A stretch of 24,000 bases of DNA from Candidatus Hodarchaeota archaeon. GTDB lineage: Archaea > Asgardarchaeota > Heimdallarchaeia > Hodarchaeales > Hodarchaeaceae. The stretch is from positions 58,575 to 82,574 of the forward strand of contig JBHLKP010000002.1 of NCBI GenBank assembly GCA_048886525.1, given 5' to 3'. Under the pieces are notes generated by a model, which saw only the letters and a list, made by a program, of their open reading frames with translations, had not been told where the DNA came from and searched no databases. Below are positions 1 to 8,720 of this stretch, in pieces (positions within the stretch are counted from its first letter, which is position 1; every line of letters begins with the position of its first letter). The translations under genes were made by a program, and so were the position numbers.

Positions 1-558
1 TACTTCGTCTGCAGCTTGATGAACTGCAGCCCGACTAATCCGTTCATAACGTGGAGCAGACCATCCTCCTTTTCCATGGCTTTTTTTCTTTGAAATTATT
101 ATTCGAATTTCCTCTTCAAAAGCTATAATTTCATGACCTACTTGTTTTTGGCATAATCGAGCACAAGCTTCTGCTGTTTCTACTGAATTCATTTTTTGGG
201 AATTATACTGAAAACTAAGGTCCTTATTTATTCGATGTTTTCTAATGAGGGTTGTTATCTTTTCCATCCCAGTTCTGGGATTACCAGTAACTTGAATTAA
301 TCGTGTTGTCGGTGGAATGATATTAAGAAATCGTATTATACCATTAAAATCGGGAGCTAATTCAAATATATTGTCTATCGCAACCCTGTCAGGTTGAATA
401 TCTTGAATCCTTTTAAATAGCATTCTCTTATTGAGTTTGGGGTACTTATCGAGATGATCTCCCTTTAGGACTATAAGTGAAAAAAGAGTTGGATTTCGTT
501 TAGCTCGAGTGGAATGAGCAAGTATGTCTAATCCAAATATTATCGAATCTTCTGACAT
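1..558 (-). CDS. DUF460/COG2433-like protein (predicted RNase H-fold nuclease); N-terminal 186 codons, 3' end runs off the window
   Basis: Absent from the ORF track because it is truncated. A reverse-strand ATG at 558..556 opens a frame that stays open to base 1 (MSEDSIIFGLDILAHSTRAKRNPTLFSLIVLKGDHLDKYPKLNKRMLFKRIQDIQPDRVAIDNIFELAPDFNG...LIQVTGNPRTGMEKITTLIRKH...). The GLDI...DRVAIDNIFEL...QVTG pattern matches my recollection of archaeal DUF460 N-termini. It starts 20 nt after the RIO2 stop on the same strand. Confidence 0.5.
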   Translation of the reverse strand, partial: MSEDSIIFGLDILAHSTRAKRNPTLFSLIVLKGDHLDKYPKLNKRMLFKRIQDIQPDRVAIDNIFELAPDFNGIIRFLNIIPPTTRLIQVTGNPRTGMEKITTLIRKHRINKDLSFQYNSQKMNSVETAEACARLCQKQVGHEIIAFEEEIRIIISKKKSHGKGGWSAPRYERISRAAVHQAADEV

Positions 559-578
559 GACTACAAAACCAATTTTAT

Positions 579-1478
579 TCAAAAACTATCAAAATTTTCT
601 AGTATTTCTGATATATGCATTTTCGACTTCATTTGAAATTTTTTCTGAAAATAATTCAAGATGTTTTGAATATCTCGAGTTAATATTTCCTTGGATTGCT
701 CTGATTTAGTTTCAATATATTGAGGCCAGTCAAATAATACAGGATAATCATCTTCGTTCAAACGAATATTATATTCGCTTAAATCCCCATGAATATAGCC
801 GAGGTTCACAGCTGATTGTAATTCATTGATTATATTCTCGAATAAAGTAACAACTTCATCTTCATTAACAAACTCATTCTTTTTTATTCGGTACAGATCC
901 TGGCCTTTCACAATACACATTGCTAAAATGTGTCTATTCTGTGATATTGGCTTTGGAACACTAACTCCTGCGTTATAAAGGTCATAAAGAGCTTTGAATT
1001 CTCGTTCAGCTGATAATCGGCTTTCATATAAAGGAGAAATGTGTCTTTTTTCTGCGACAAATGCTCTTGCTCTTCGTGTTGATCTAAAATCTAATTTTCC
1101 TAATCTATGAAATTTTATGATAAATTCAAACTCATTGTCATCGATTGCTAGCCTAATATCACTTTCTTTTCCCGCGCCAATTTCAGGCCCAATTTGTGCA
1201 AGAAGCCCTTTTTCCACAAGAGCTTTTAGTGCTAGAGCATCATAACCAATAAATGTCAAAGCAACTCCTAAATAATGTTTTTGCACCATGAGAACCATTT
1301 TTTTACGTCTTAACTTATCTAATGCTAATTTAATTCTTTTCTCACTATATTTAAGACGAGAAGCAACCTCTTCTATTGGGACGAACTCATATCTTGCCAT
1401 TAAAACTTCGATAACTGAAAGAATTCTGAATTCAAGCTTTGTAAGATCACGAAAAAAATCTAAAATTGATAATGGCAT
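579..1478 (-). CDS. rio2: RIO2-type serine/threonine protein kinase (N-terminal winged-helix domain plus RIO kinase domain)
   Basis: From M45 of the 343-aa ORF the protein is colinear with archaeal Rio2. It has a winged-helix region (EFRILSVIEVLMARYEFVPIEEVASRLKYSEKRIKLALDKL), a glycine loop IGAGKESDI, IIKFHRLG, the catalytic IHGDLSEYNI and the metal-binding FDWPQ. The longest ORF extends to 1610, but those extra 44 codons show no RIO2-like sequence. The ATG at 1478 gives a typical length of about 300 aa. Confidence 0.85.
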   Translation of the reverse strand: MPLSILDFFRDLTKLEFRILSVIEVLMARYEFVPIEEVASRLKYSEKRIKLALDKLRRKKMVLMVQKHYLGVALTFIGYDALALKALVEKGLLAQIGPEIGAGKESDIRLAIDDNEFEFIIKFHRLGKLDFRSTRRARAFVAEKRHISPLYESRLSAEREFKALYDLYNAGVSVPKPISQNRHILAMCIVKGQDLYRIKKNEFVNEDEVVTLFENIINELQSAVNLGYIHGDLSEYNIRLNEDDYPVLFDWPQYIETKSEQSKEILTRDIQNILNYFQKKFQMKSKMHISEILENFDSF

Positions 1479-1849
1479 GATTAAGCCCTTATAGCGGTCA
1501 GTAAGTGCAACTTTCGTCATCAGTCTATGACAGAATCTAATCTGACACATCGACCTCCGTAGACCGTCTTTATCATCATTGGGGATAGTCTTAGAGAGAT
1601 TATTCTGCATTTATCCCTAAGTTTTACTTTACTGAACTTTTTTAATCCTGTCTTAAGTTAGTTTTTATAAAGAATTTTTATTGTAATGCACTCTAGTCCT
1701 AAAAGGGTATAGAACTAAAAATTTTTTATTTAAATAAAATTAAATATTCCTTAATATAAGATTGCTTAGTCTCACAGATAGTGTTTTCTTTGGAAATGGT
1801 AATGATTGTTTCATTAATTACGCAAAAAAATAGAAGATTTTTAATGAAC

Positions 1850-2983
1850 TTAGTTTACAGGGAAACTTCTATATTCACCGCCATATGCATAAGCTTGATG
1901 AGGATCAATTATTATTGAAACTTCTTCAGCGGCTTTAAGAGGCTTACCAGTGACTATTTTTCTGTGTACAGTTATAATAGTTTTATTAGAGAGCACAACT
2001 TTTATATACTCTAATGTACCCATGAACATTGACTCAAGTACTTTTCCAGAGATAGTATTTTGAGAAGTACCGATGTCTCGCGATAATTCCAACATTTGGG
2101 GTCTTAGAATTACTTGAGCTTTTTCATTAGCAACTAAATTTTTGATTTGATTAGTTTTAAAACATTGATTAGTATCCAGTAAACATAAAACAGCGTTTCC
2201 ATTTTCCACACTTTTAACAACGCATTCTATTAGATTTGCTTCTCCAATGAAAGCTCCCACAAAAGAATTTTGGGGTTGCTGCCAGATTTCTAGAGGGCTT
2301 CCAATCTGTTCAATTCTCCCTTTATTCATAATTGCTATTCTATCCGAAATAGATAGAGCTTCACTTTGATCATGAGTTACAAAAATAGCTGTTAATCCAA
2401 TTTTTTTTATAAGTGATCTTATTTCTGAGCGTGTTTCTATTCTTAATTTAGCATCAAGATTAGAAAATGGTTCATCAAGAAGTAAAATGGAAGGATTTAC
2501 CACAATAGCTCGAGCAACTGCAATTCTCTGTTGTTGGCCACCTGATAGTTCAGAAGGTTTCCTATCTATCAATTCATCTGCATATACCATTTTTAAAGCG
2601 TTGATAACACGCTTATTTCTCTCCGCTTTAGGAACACGTCTTTTTCCTATCGTTAATCCAAATTCAACGTTTTTCCTTACACTCATGTGTGGCCATAAAG
2701 CATATGATTGAAAAACCATAGCCATGTCTCTTTTACGGACCGCAAGTTCAGTAATTGGTTGAAGATTTTGATCACCTACTTCTCTAAAATATATCTCACC
2801 TCCGTCAACTTTCTCGAGTCCTGCTATTGATCTCAAAGTTGTAGATTTTCCACAACCTGAAGGACCCAATAAAGTGATTATTTCTCCTTCAAAAATATCA
2901 AGGTTTACAGCATCTACAGCTTTAACGTCACCAAACATTTTTGTTAAGTTTTCAAGTTTGAGTATAGGAATTCTTTCGCTCAA
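1850..2983 (-). CDS. ABC transporter ATP-binding protein (FbpC/PotA/MalK-like, with C-terminal TOBE-like regulatory domain)
   Basis: Walker A GPSGCGKST, Q-loop, signature LSGGQQQR, Walker B LLLDEP, H-loop VTHD. The TTG start at 2983 is preceded by GAGG 8 nt upstream and is needed to keep the conserved N-terminal strand ILKLENLTKMFG. Divergent from the binding-protein/permease genes. Confidence 0.9.
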   Translation of the reverse strand: MSERIPILKLENLTKMFGDVKAVDAVNLDIFEGEIITLLGPSGCGKSTTLRSIAGLEKVDGGEIYFREVGDQNLQPITELAVRKRDMAMVFQSYALWPHMSVRKNVEFGLTIGKRRVPKAERNKRVINALKMVYADELIDRKPSELSGGQQQRIAVARAIVVNPSILLLDEPFSNLDAKLRIETRSEIRSLIKKIGLTAIFVTHDQSEALSISDRIAIMNKGRIEQIGSPLEIWQQPQNSFVGAFIGEANLIECVVKSVENGNAVLCLLDTNQCFKTNQIKNLVANEKAQVILRPQMLELSRDIGTSQNTISGKVLESMFMGTLEYIKVVLSNKTIITVHRKIVTGKPLKAAEEVSIIIDPHQAYAYGGEYRSFPVN

Positions 2984-3496
2984 ATTTGTCGCCTCAATTT
3001 ACTCAGATAAAGATGAATATCGAAAAACTGAAATGGAGTATGTATATATCAATATTTTAAGTTTTGCTTAGTTCATTAATTTAAATTTCAAACAAATTAG
3101 CTCTTATTTTCCTGTATATATTAAGAAAGAATCATAGCCAAATTTCACACTTAATTATCCAGTTGAGCTTATTTCAACAAAAACCTAGTAAGATTGGAAT
3201 TAAATTTTGTATATTATAAAATATCATATGAAGGTAAATTCTTAACATCGTTGTCAAACAAGTTATTCAGAATTATTATTATTATTCCAAGATTTGATAA
3301 GGTTTCTTTTTTTATATATTTCTGTAGTGATTTCTTTTTATAAACAATAAAAGGCTAAAAATTTATATACCGATAGGGGAGCAAAGTTAGAATTTGATCT
3401 ATAGTTGATTATAACAAATACTATAGTTTGTATAAGTTTCAGAAGATAATTTAAATTTTAAAAAACGATCGATGACTTAAATTGAGGAAAAATATT

Positions 3497-5044
3497 ATGA
3501 AGAAAACTATTAAAATATCTATAGTTGGAATACTAGCCTTATTCTTAGTAATCCAATTTCAACCCCTCCTAGCATCAGTAACAAGCGTGGAATCACCAGC
3601 GCAGGATAGTATGGTTATAATTCATCCCCATAGCGCTGATTTTGCAGGTCATGTTATTAGTGGGTTCCGAACTTGGTATCAAAACAAAACTGGACACACC
3701 ATATCAGTTGACACCATCGAAAAGGATTCAGGGGCTTGTTACGATGAAGTCTTATCTTGGGGTGGTGTTAGTCCGCTAGCTGATATCTATTGGGGTGGTG
3801 GCCGCTATTATTTCGAACTAGCTAGAGTAAACAACTTGCTTCTTAATTATGTAGTCGCAGAAGATGAAAATATAACTGATTACCTAGGTGGCTGGAACCT
3901 GAAAGATTTCAATGCTACTGACGGTCCAGCATGGTATGCTGCTGCTATTTCTGGTTTTGGAATTATGTACAACATGGAAGTACTTGATGGTTTGGGTCTT
4001 CCATATCCAGAAACTTGGGATGATCTTACTAAGCATGAATACTCAGGGCAAATCTTCATGGCTACTCCTGATAAGAGTGGTTCCACCGTAGCCACAGTAA
4101 AACAAGTTATTATGGAGAAAAATGATCAAACCGACGAAGATAGTATCAATGATTCGGCTGATATTACAGAAGGATGGCAATACTGGGCAAAAGTCGCAGG
4201 AAATGTTGCAGAATATGCAACTGATAGCGCTGATGTTCCTAGTAAAGTTTATGAAGGACATTATGGAATTGGTATAACAATTGATTATTATGCTTGGGAT
4301 AAAATAGCATTATGGGATCAAATCGGATTTAATTATGGTGAAGCATCTACTTTTAGTCCTGATCCTGTAGCTATTGTTCGAGGTACTGCAAAAGTCGCAG
4401 AAGCACAGGCTTTCATGGATTATATAACCAGCACCGAAGGCCAACAAAGAGTTGGCAGATTTAGGATCCCTGCTAATAGTAAGGCTGTTCCTGAGAGTTT
4501 ACGTATTCCACGAGCGTGGACAGAAACAGGTGAAATAAATCCAGACTTTCCCGTAATAACTCCCTTTAATGTAACCCTTGATGACGCGTGGTATTATCCA
4601 TCAAGGAAAATGTTCCATTACTGGTTTGTAGAGAACCGTGAAGCAGCAGTAGCATCTTGGACTGCGATTGGTGCAGCAACAGATGCAACAGCACGCGATA
4701 ACGCTATTGCTATGCATACTAAGCTACCCAGAAACTTCAATGGGATTTCAGAGAATATGTCAGCTATGAACACTGGAACTGGAATATATGGTACTGGAAC
4801 TGAAGCACGAGAATACTGGAAACAAGAAGGTGCTTGGAACTTTGGTAATGCGACAATAGAAGCTGCCAGGACAGATTATTCAGATCCAATTATTCCTCCT
4901 ACCACGACCACAACACCTGGTAGTGGTACAACAACAACAGTGAGTACAACATCCGAAGGTGAAGGACAGATACCTGGCTTTGAGCTTTTTGTTATATTGG
5001 CAACCATAGGAACATTGGTAATTTGGCGCCGAAAAAGAGAATAA
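3497..5044 (+). CDS. ABC transporter substrate-binding protein (family 1, Fe3+/polyamine-like) with Thr-rich linker and C-terminal PGF-CTERM archaeal sorting signal
   Basis: N-terminal signal/anchor MKKTIKISIVGILALFLVIQF. The periplasmic-binding-protein-like body (IIHPHS...FRTWYQNKTGHTISVD...ADIYWGGG) is followed by PPTTTTTPGSGTTTTVSTTSEGEGQ, then PGFELFVILATIGTLVIWRRKRE. The ATG at 3497 is preferred over the TTG at 3482 given in the track. Confidence 0.8.
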   Translation: MKKTIKISIVGILALFLVIQFQPLLASVTSVESPAQDSMVIIHPHSADFAGHVISGFRTWYQNKTGHTISVDTIEKDSGACYDEVLSWGGVSPLADIYWGGGRYYFELARVNNLLLNYVVAEDENITDYLGGWNLKDFNATDGPAWYAAAISGFGIMYNMEVLDGLGLPYPETWDDLTKHEYSGQIFMATPDKSGSTVATVKQVIMEKNDQTDEDSINDSADITEGWQYWAKVAGNVAEYATDSADVPSKVYEGHYGIGITIDYYAWDKIALWDQIGFNYGEASTFSPDPVAIVRGTAKVAEAQAFMDYITSTEGQQRVGRFRIPANSKAVPESLRIPRAWTETGEINPDFPVITPFNVTLDDAWYYPSRKMFHYWFVENREAAVASWTAIGAATDATARDNAIAMHTKLPRNFNGISENMSAMNTGTGIYGTGTEAREYWKQEGAWNFGNATIEAARTDYSDPIIPPTTTTTPGSGTTTTVSTTSEGEGQIPGFELFVILATIGTLVIWRRKRE

Positions 5045-5067
5045 AACCTGAAAAGACAAATAATTAA

Positions 5068-5107
5068 GACTGTTTCTTGTGAAACAGTTCTTCCTAACTT
5101 TTTTTTT
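5068..5107 (+). terminator. Hairpin plus T9 tract between binding-protein and permease genes (candidate terminator/attenuator)
   Basis: GACTGTTTC (5068-5076) / loop TTGT / GAAACAGTT (5081-5089) forms an 8-9 bp stem. A run of nine T follows at 5099-5107. Oligo-T tracts are archaeal termination signals. Confidence 0.4.
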
Positions 5108-5237
5108 GATAATGAGTAATAATCTCTTACTGCAGAGTGTATCATGTCAGTTGGAGAATTTTAAACTATAAGAAACTTTTTAATTAATGTCAGTCAATTT
5201 CTTAGAATAATTTAGAAGATTCTTAGAAGGTTCTAAA

Positions 5238-7310
5238 ATGGTAACTCAAGTAACTACAGAGAAAGCAAGAGAAAAAACAGATGTTAGTACACGTAAAAAA
5301 GCTCGATTTTCCTTTGAAAATTACGATTTACGTTCATTAACCTTATTTTCACTTCTGATGTTTCTTTTTTCCTTTTTTATGTTCCTACCAATATTAAGTA
5401 TCTCAATCTCTTCATTCAACTTTGCTGATCCGAATAATCTCTTTAAATATTTTATATTTTGTTTTGAAAACCCAACTTATCGTCAGAGTCTTTGGAATAC
5501 TATTTTTACTGGCTTTACAACAACTTTCATCTGTTGCATTATTGGTCTTACTGTTACCATTATTTTCAGCCGATATCAATTTGTTGGGAAAGGTGTATTT
5601 CAAGTTTTAACCATTTTACCATTAGTTTCACCCCCTTTTGTAGGAGCATTTGCTTTATTTCGTTTGATGCATAATAATGGAATTCTAACTAATTTTGTTC
5701 AGCTTTTTATTCCTGAATTGGACAATCTGCTTGGTACTGGTACTAGTACTGCTATTTGGGGAATTATCCTCTTACAATCTATCCATCTCTGGCCACTAAT
5801 TTTCCTCAATACATCAGCCTCCTATAGCAAAATAGACCCCGCTCAAGAAGAACAGGCTAGAAATCTTGGAAGCTGGAGTCTAAGTCTTTATAGACAAATT
5901 ATTCTACCCTTGATTACACCAGGGTTTGTTGCAGGAGCTGTACTTGTTTTTATCTGGTCTATTAGTGACTTAGGTACTCCAATTGTTTTGAATTTCTATG
6001 AATATGCTCCTTTTCTCGCTTTTAGTGAAATTATTGATGAAAGAGCTGCTGATATCGAAACAGCCTACGCTCTTGTTATTATTTTATTAATTATTAGCCT
6101 TATTGCGCTTTTATTTGCATCCAAAGTCGTAGGAATGAAAGATTATGCACCTGAGAAAGTATCTGGAATGGAGCAATTACGACTTATGCATAAAGCATCA
6201 AGACCTAAAACAGTTTTAATCCTTTTTATCCTAATACTCTTATTGATGGTGTCTTTGTTACCTCATATTGGGATTATTATTGTTGCTTTTGTCGAAAGAA
6301 TCAAATATGGTGAAATAATACCAACACTTTGGACTCTAAGTGGGTTTGGGGCCGCTATAGAAAAGACAGATATGGTCTCGATGATTGTAAATTCGTTGAT
6401 CTATTCAGCATGTGCAATGCTTCTAGTAATAGTTATTGGAATAATAACTGCTTATCTTATAGTTAGAAAGAAAAACCTTAAAGGTATTAGCGTAGTTATG
6501 ACAATCATAGGAGGATACATTGGGTTATTACTTGGGGCCCAACTTTCAGGATCCTTCTCAGGTAATTTAGAAAAGATTTTAGTTATGATTGGAACAACAA
6601 TTATAATGATTTGTGTGTTTTTTATAATTGGCAGAACTTTTAATCTGAAATGTTTAGAGCTTTTTTCAACAATGCCATTTGCAGTTCCAGGAATTGTCCT
6701 AGCTGTAGGATATATTTTCTTTTTTAGCTCTACAACTTCCCTTTGGGGATTATTACCATCTGAATTGGATGTAATTCCAATACTTGGTTTCTTTACTGCA
6801 GCTATAAGAAATAGTCTTCTTTCGATACCAGATAATCCTCTTGGATTTCGATTCACTTCTTTTTGGTTTATTCTTGTTGTTTCATATGCAGTGAGAAGGA
6901 TGCCATATGCAGTTCAATCATCAACAGCTGTTCTTCGACAAATTCATACATCATTAGAAGAAGTTGCTCACAACCTGGGAGCATCTGCAACAGTCACGCT
7001 TAGGCGAGTAACTATTCCACTTATGGCTAGCGGGGTACTAGCTGGAGGAATCTTGTCATTTATAACAAGTTTCACAGAAGTTTCAACTTCTATAATGATC
7101 ACTCCTATTAAACAACCATTCTTACCTCTTTTTCCATTCTCTGGTATTTCAGATCCTTTAACAAAAGGTATTTATGATGAAATAAAGCGTGGTGGAGATG
7201 TAACACCTCCAGGAATTATGGGATTAGTTCAATTACTTGTCGCAGCTATCGGTATGATGATAACTAGAAAGTTACTAGGAGAAAAAACAGGAACAGCATT
7301 TGGAGGCTGA
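5238..7310 (+). CDS. ABC transporter permease, fused two-domain type (FbpB/AfuB/ThiP-like)
   Basis: 690 aa and highly hydrophobic, with two copies of the EAA-type coupling loop (EEQARNLGSWSLSLYRQIILPLITPG and EEVAHNLGASATVTLRRVTIPLMASG). This is typical of duplicated iron(III)/thiamine-family permeases. Confidence 0.85.
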   Translation: MVTQVTTEKAREKTDVSTRKKARFSFENYDLRSLTLFSLLMFLFSFFMFLPILSISISSFNFADPNNLFKYFIFCFENPTYRQSLWNTIFTGFTTTFICCIIGLTVTIIFSRYQFVGKGVFQVLTILPLVSPPFVGAFALFRLMHNNGILTNFVQLFIPELDNLLGTGTSTAIWGIILLQSIHLWPLIFLNTSASYSKIDPAQEEQARNLGSWSLSLYRQIILPLITPGFVAGAVLVFIWSISDLGTPIVLNFYEYAPFLAFSEIIDERAADIETAYALVIILLIISLIALLFASKVVGMKDYAPEKVSGMEQLRLMHKASRPKTVLILFILILLLMVSLLPHIGIIIVAFVERIKYGEIIPTLWTLSGFGAAIEKTDMVSMIVNSLIYSACAMLLVIVIGIITAYLIVRKKNLKGISVVMTIIGGYIGLLLGAQLSGSFSGNLEKILVMIGTTIIMICVFFIIGRTFNLKCLELFSTMPFAVPGIVLAVGYIFFFSSTTSLWGLLPSELDVIPILGFFTAAIRNSLLSIPDNPLGFRFTSFWFILVVSYAVRRMPYAVQSSTAVLRQIHTSLEEVAHNLGASATVTLRRVTIPLMASGVLAGGILSFITSFTEVSTSIMITPIKQPFLPLFPFSGISDPLTKGIYDEIKRGGDVTPPGIMGLVQLLVAAIGMMITRKLLGEKTGTAFGG

Positions 7311-7314
7311 TTTA

Positions 7315-7650
7315 ATGTCATTAGAATTGCTACCCAAAAAAATAGTACAGTATTCGAAGACGATAGGTAACAACCTCTTGCAATTAGCAAAAAGTGCACC
7401 TGATCTAATCATAGAATTTAAAAGTGCTATAATAGTAATCATAATATGGATTCTGATAAGTGAGAATTCTGGGTATCGCATGATTGATATTTTTCGGTCG
7501 ATTTTCAAACTTATTCTTTATCCTCTCAATTGGGTCCTATATAGAACAAATTTTGATTTAACTGGAATTCCTGTCATTTTTATCCTGCTGATGCCTCTTG
7601 TTATATTAATTTCAGTTACTTTCATTGTTTTAATTTCAACCGAGGATTGA
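7315..7650 (+). CDS. Small hypothetical membrane protein (about 2 TM helices), apparently translationally coupled to the permease
   Basis: The ATG at 7315 lies 8 nt after GGAGG (7302-7306), which sits within the last codons of the permease gene. Hydrophobic segments are AIIVIIIWILI and IPVIFILLMPLVILISVTFIVLI. I recognise no family. Confidence 0.45.
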   Translation: MSLELLPKKIVQYSKTIGNNLLQLAKSAPDLIIEFKSAIIVIIIWILISENSGYRMIDIFRSIFKLILYPLNWVLYRTNFDLTGIPVIFILLMPLVILISVTFIVLISTED

Positions 7651-7679
7651 GTTAAGGATGATATACCTTTCTATTCCTT

Positions 7680-8546
7680 TCATTTACTCGTTTGTACATT
7701 TACTGTTTCTACTTTTTGAATTGATGGCTTGGAATCTACTGAGGATAGGTTATTGAGATTTAGATATAGCTTAAGACATATTACGAATTGAGAGATTAAT
7801 CCAAACAGAATAAAGAAATAACTTATCAATTGAGCCTCAATTACATCTTCTAAAGGTATAATACGTGATAGACTATCAAGATCGGTTATTCTATTTAAGG
7901 GGTGAATTGTGTAAAAAGAAATTGGGGGAAATAAAATGGCTACTGAGATTAATGTGAAAATTGCGGCAAATAAATAGAATCCGCTTGATAATACTATAAA
8001 GTATGTACCTCTAGCTGATTTGTGTATTACTTCATCATTGAACCACATTGAGAATTTTACCATTAGAAGAAAGAGATAAAAATATAATATTAAATTAAAA
8101 ATAGCCCATAATCTCGCCCAATCCCTATATTTATTATTTGAAAAATATCTATTCGCAATCTCCATTATAGTTGAGGGCATATGGAAATCTCCGACTATTA
8201 ACGAAATAAAAAAGCCATATATATTGACTAAAAGTATTGAAATGAAGAATATAAGTAATAAGATTGACAAAAGTTTAATTTCGTTTTCCTTTTTCTTTTC
8301 ATGAACAGTAGAAAACGAATATAATCCGAGTGTAATTACAAGGAATCCAAATATTACTATCACAAAGCATACGAATTGTAATGTTGATAGAAAACCATAA
8401 TCTAATATTGTTTCAACCTGAAAAGAAAAGATAAATTGAAAGAGCATTACAATAATCTCTGGCAATGTAAATATGCCAAAACCTAAGATACTTAATTTTA
8501 AGCGAGTGAATTCCTTTGTATTAGTTTTTAATGTCATAATTTTCAC
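7680..8546 (-). CDS. Hypothetical polytopic membrane protein (about 7-8 TM helices)
   Basis: 288-aa ORF with repeated long hydrophobic stretches and no recognisable motif. Coding status rests on length and the absence of a competing ORF. Confidence 0.5.
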   Translation of the reverse strand: MKIMTLKTNTKEFTRLKLSILGFGIFTLPEIIVMLFQFIFSFQVETILDYGFLSTLQFVCFVIVIFGFLVITLGLYSFSTVHEKKKENEIKLLSILLLIFFISILLVNIYGFFISLIVGDFHMPSTIMEIANRYFSNNKYRDWARLWAIFNLILYFYLFLLMVKFSMWFNDEVIHKSARGTYFIVLSSGFYLFAAIFTLISVAILFPPISFYTIHPLNRITDLDSLSRIIPLEDVIEAQLISYFFILFGLISQFVICLKLYLNLNNLSSVDSKPSIQKVETVNVQTSK

Positions 8547-8720
8547 TTCACTTTATTTTCCATTTTCTTTTTAGAAGGAAGTGTGATTGACAGCTTCTGA
8601 CAAGAATAATTCAAAAGGCTTTTTTGAATTATCTTATATAAGTTTCCACCAATTCCTAGCAGTTTTCACTCTCAATTAGTAAAATATCAAGAAAAACTTT
8701 CTTCTTAATTAAAAAAAGCT

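Noticed and set aside
1479-1610. 44-codon N-terminal extension of the RIO2 ORF
   Set aside because: The extension (MQNNLSKTIPNDDKDGLRRSMCQIRFCHRLM...) has no resemblance to RIO2 N-termini. The ATG at 1478 aligns with the start of the winged-helix domain. It is kept only as an alternative start.
524-7508. Short ORFs in the left third from the track: 524-709, 1288-1494, 2487-2711, 2874-3071, 3880-4095, 4043-4261, 4876-5145, 5412-5603, 5422-5610, 5492-5674, 6452-6856, 7275-7508
   Set aside because: Nearly all lie inside much longer ORFs with clear family signatures, either antisense or in another frame of the same strand. The exceptions only extend partly into intergenic DNA (2874-3071, 4876-5145) or overlap a gene junction (524-709, 7275-7508). 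Their translations are low-complexity and typical of shadow ORFs in AT-rich DNA.
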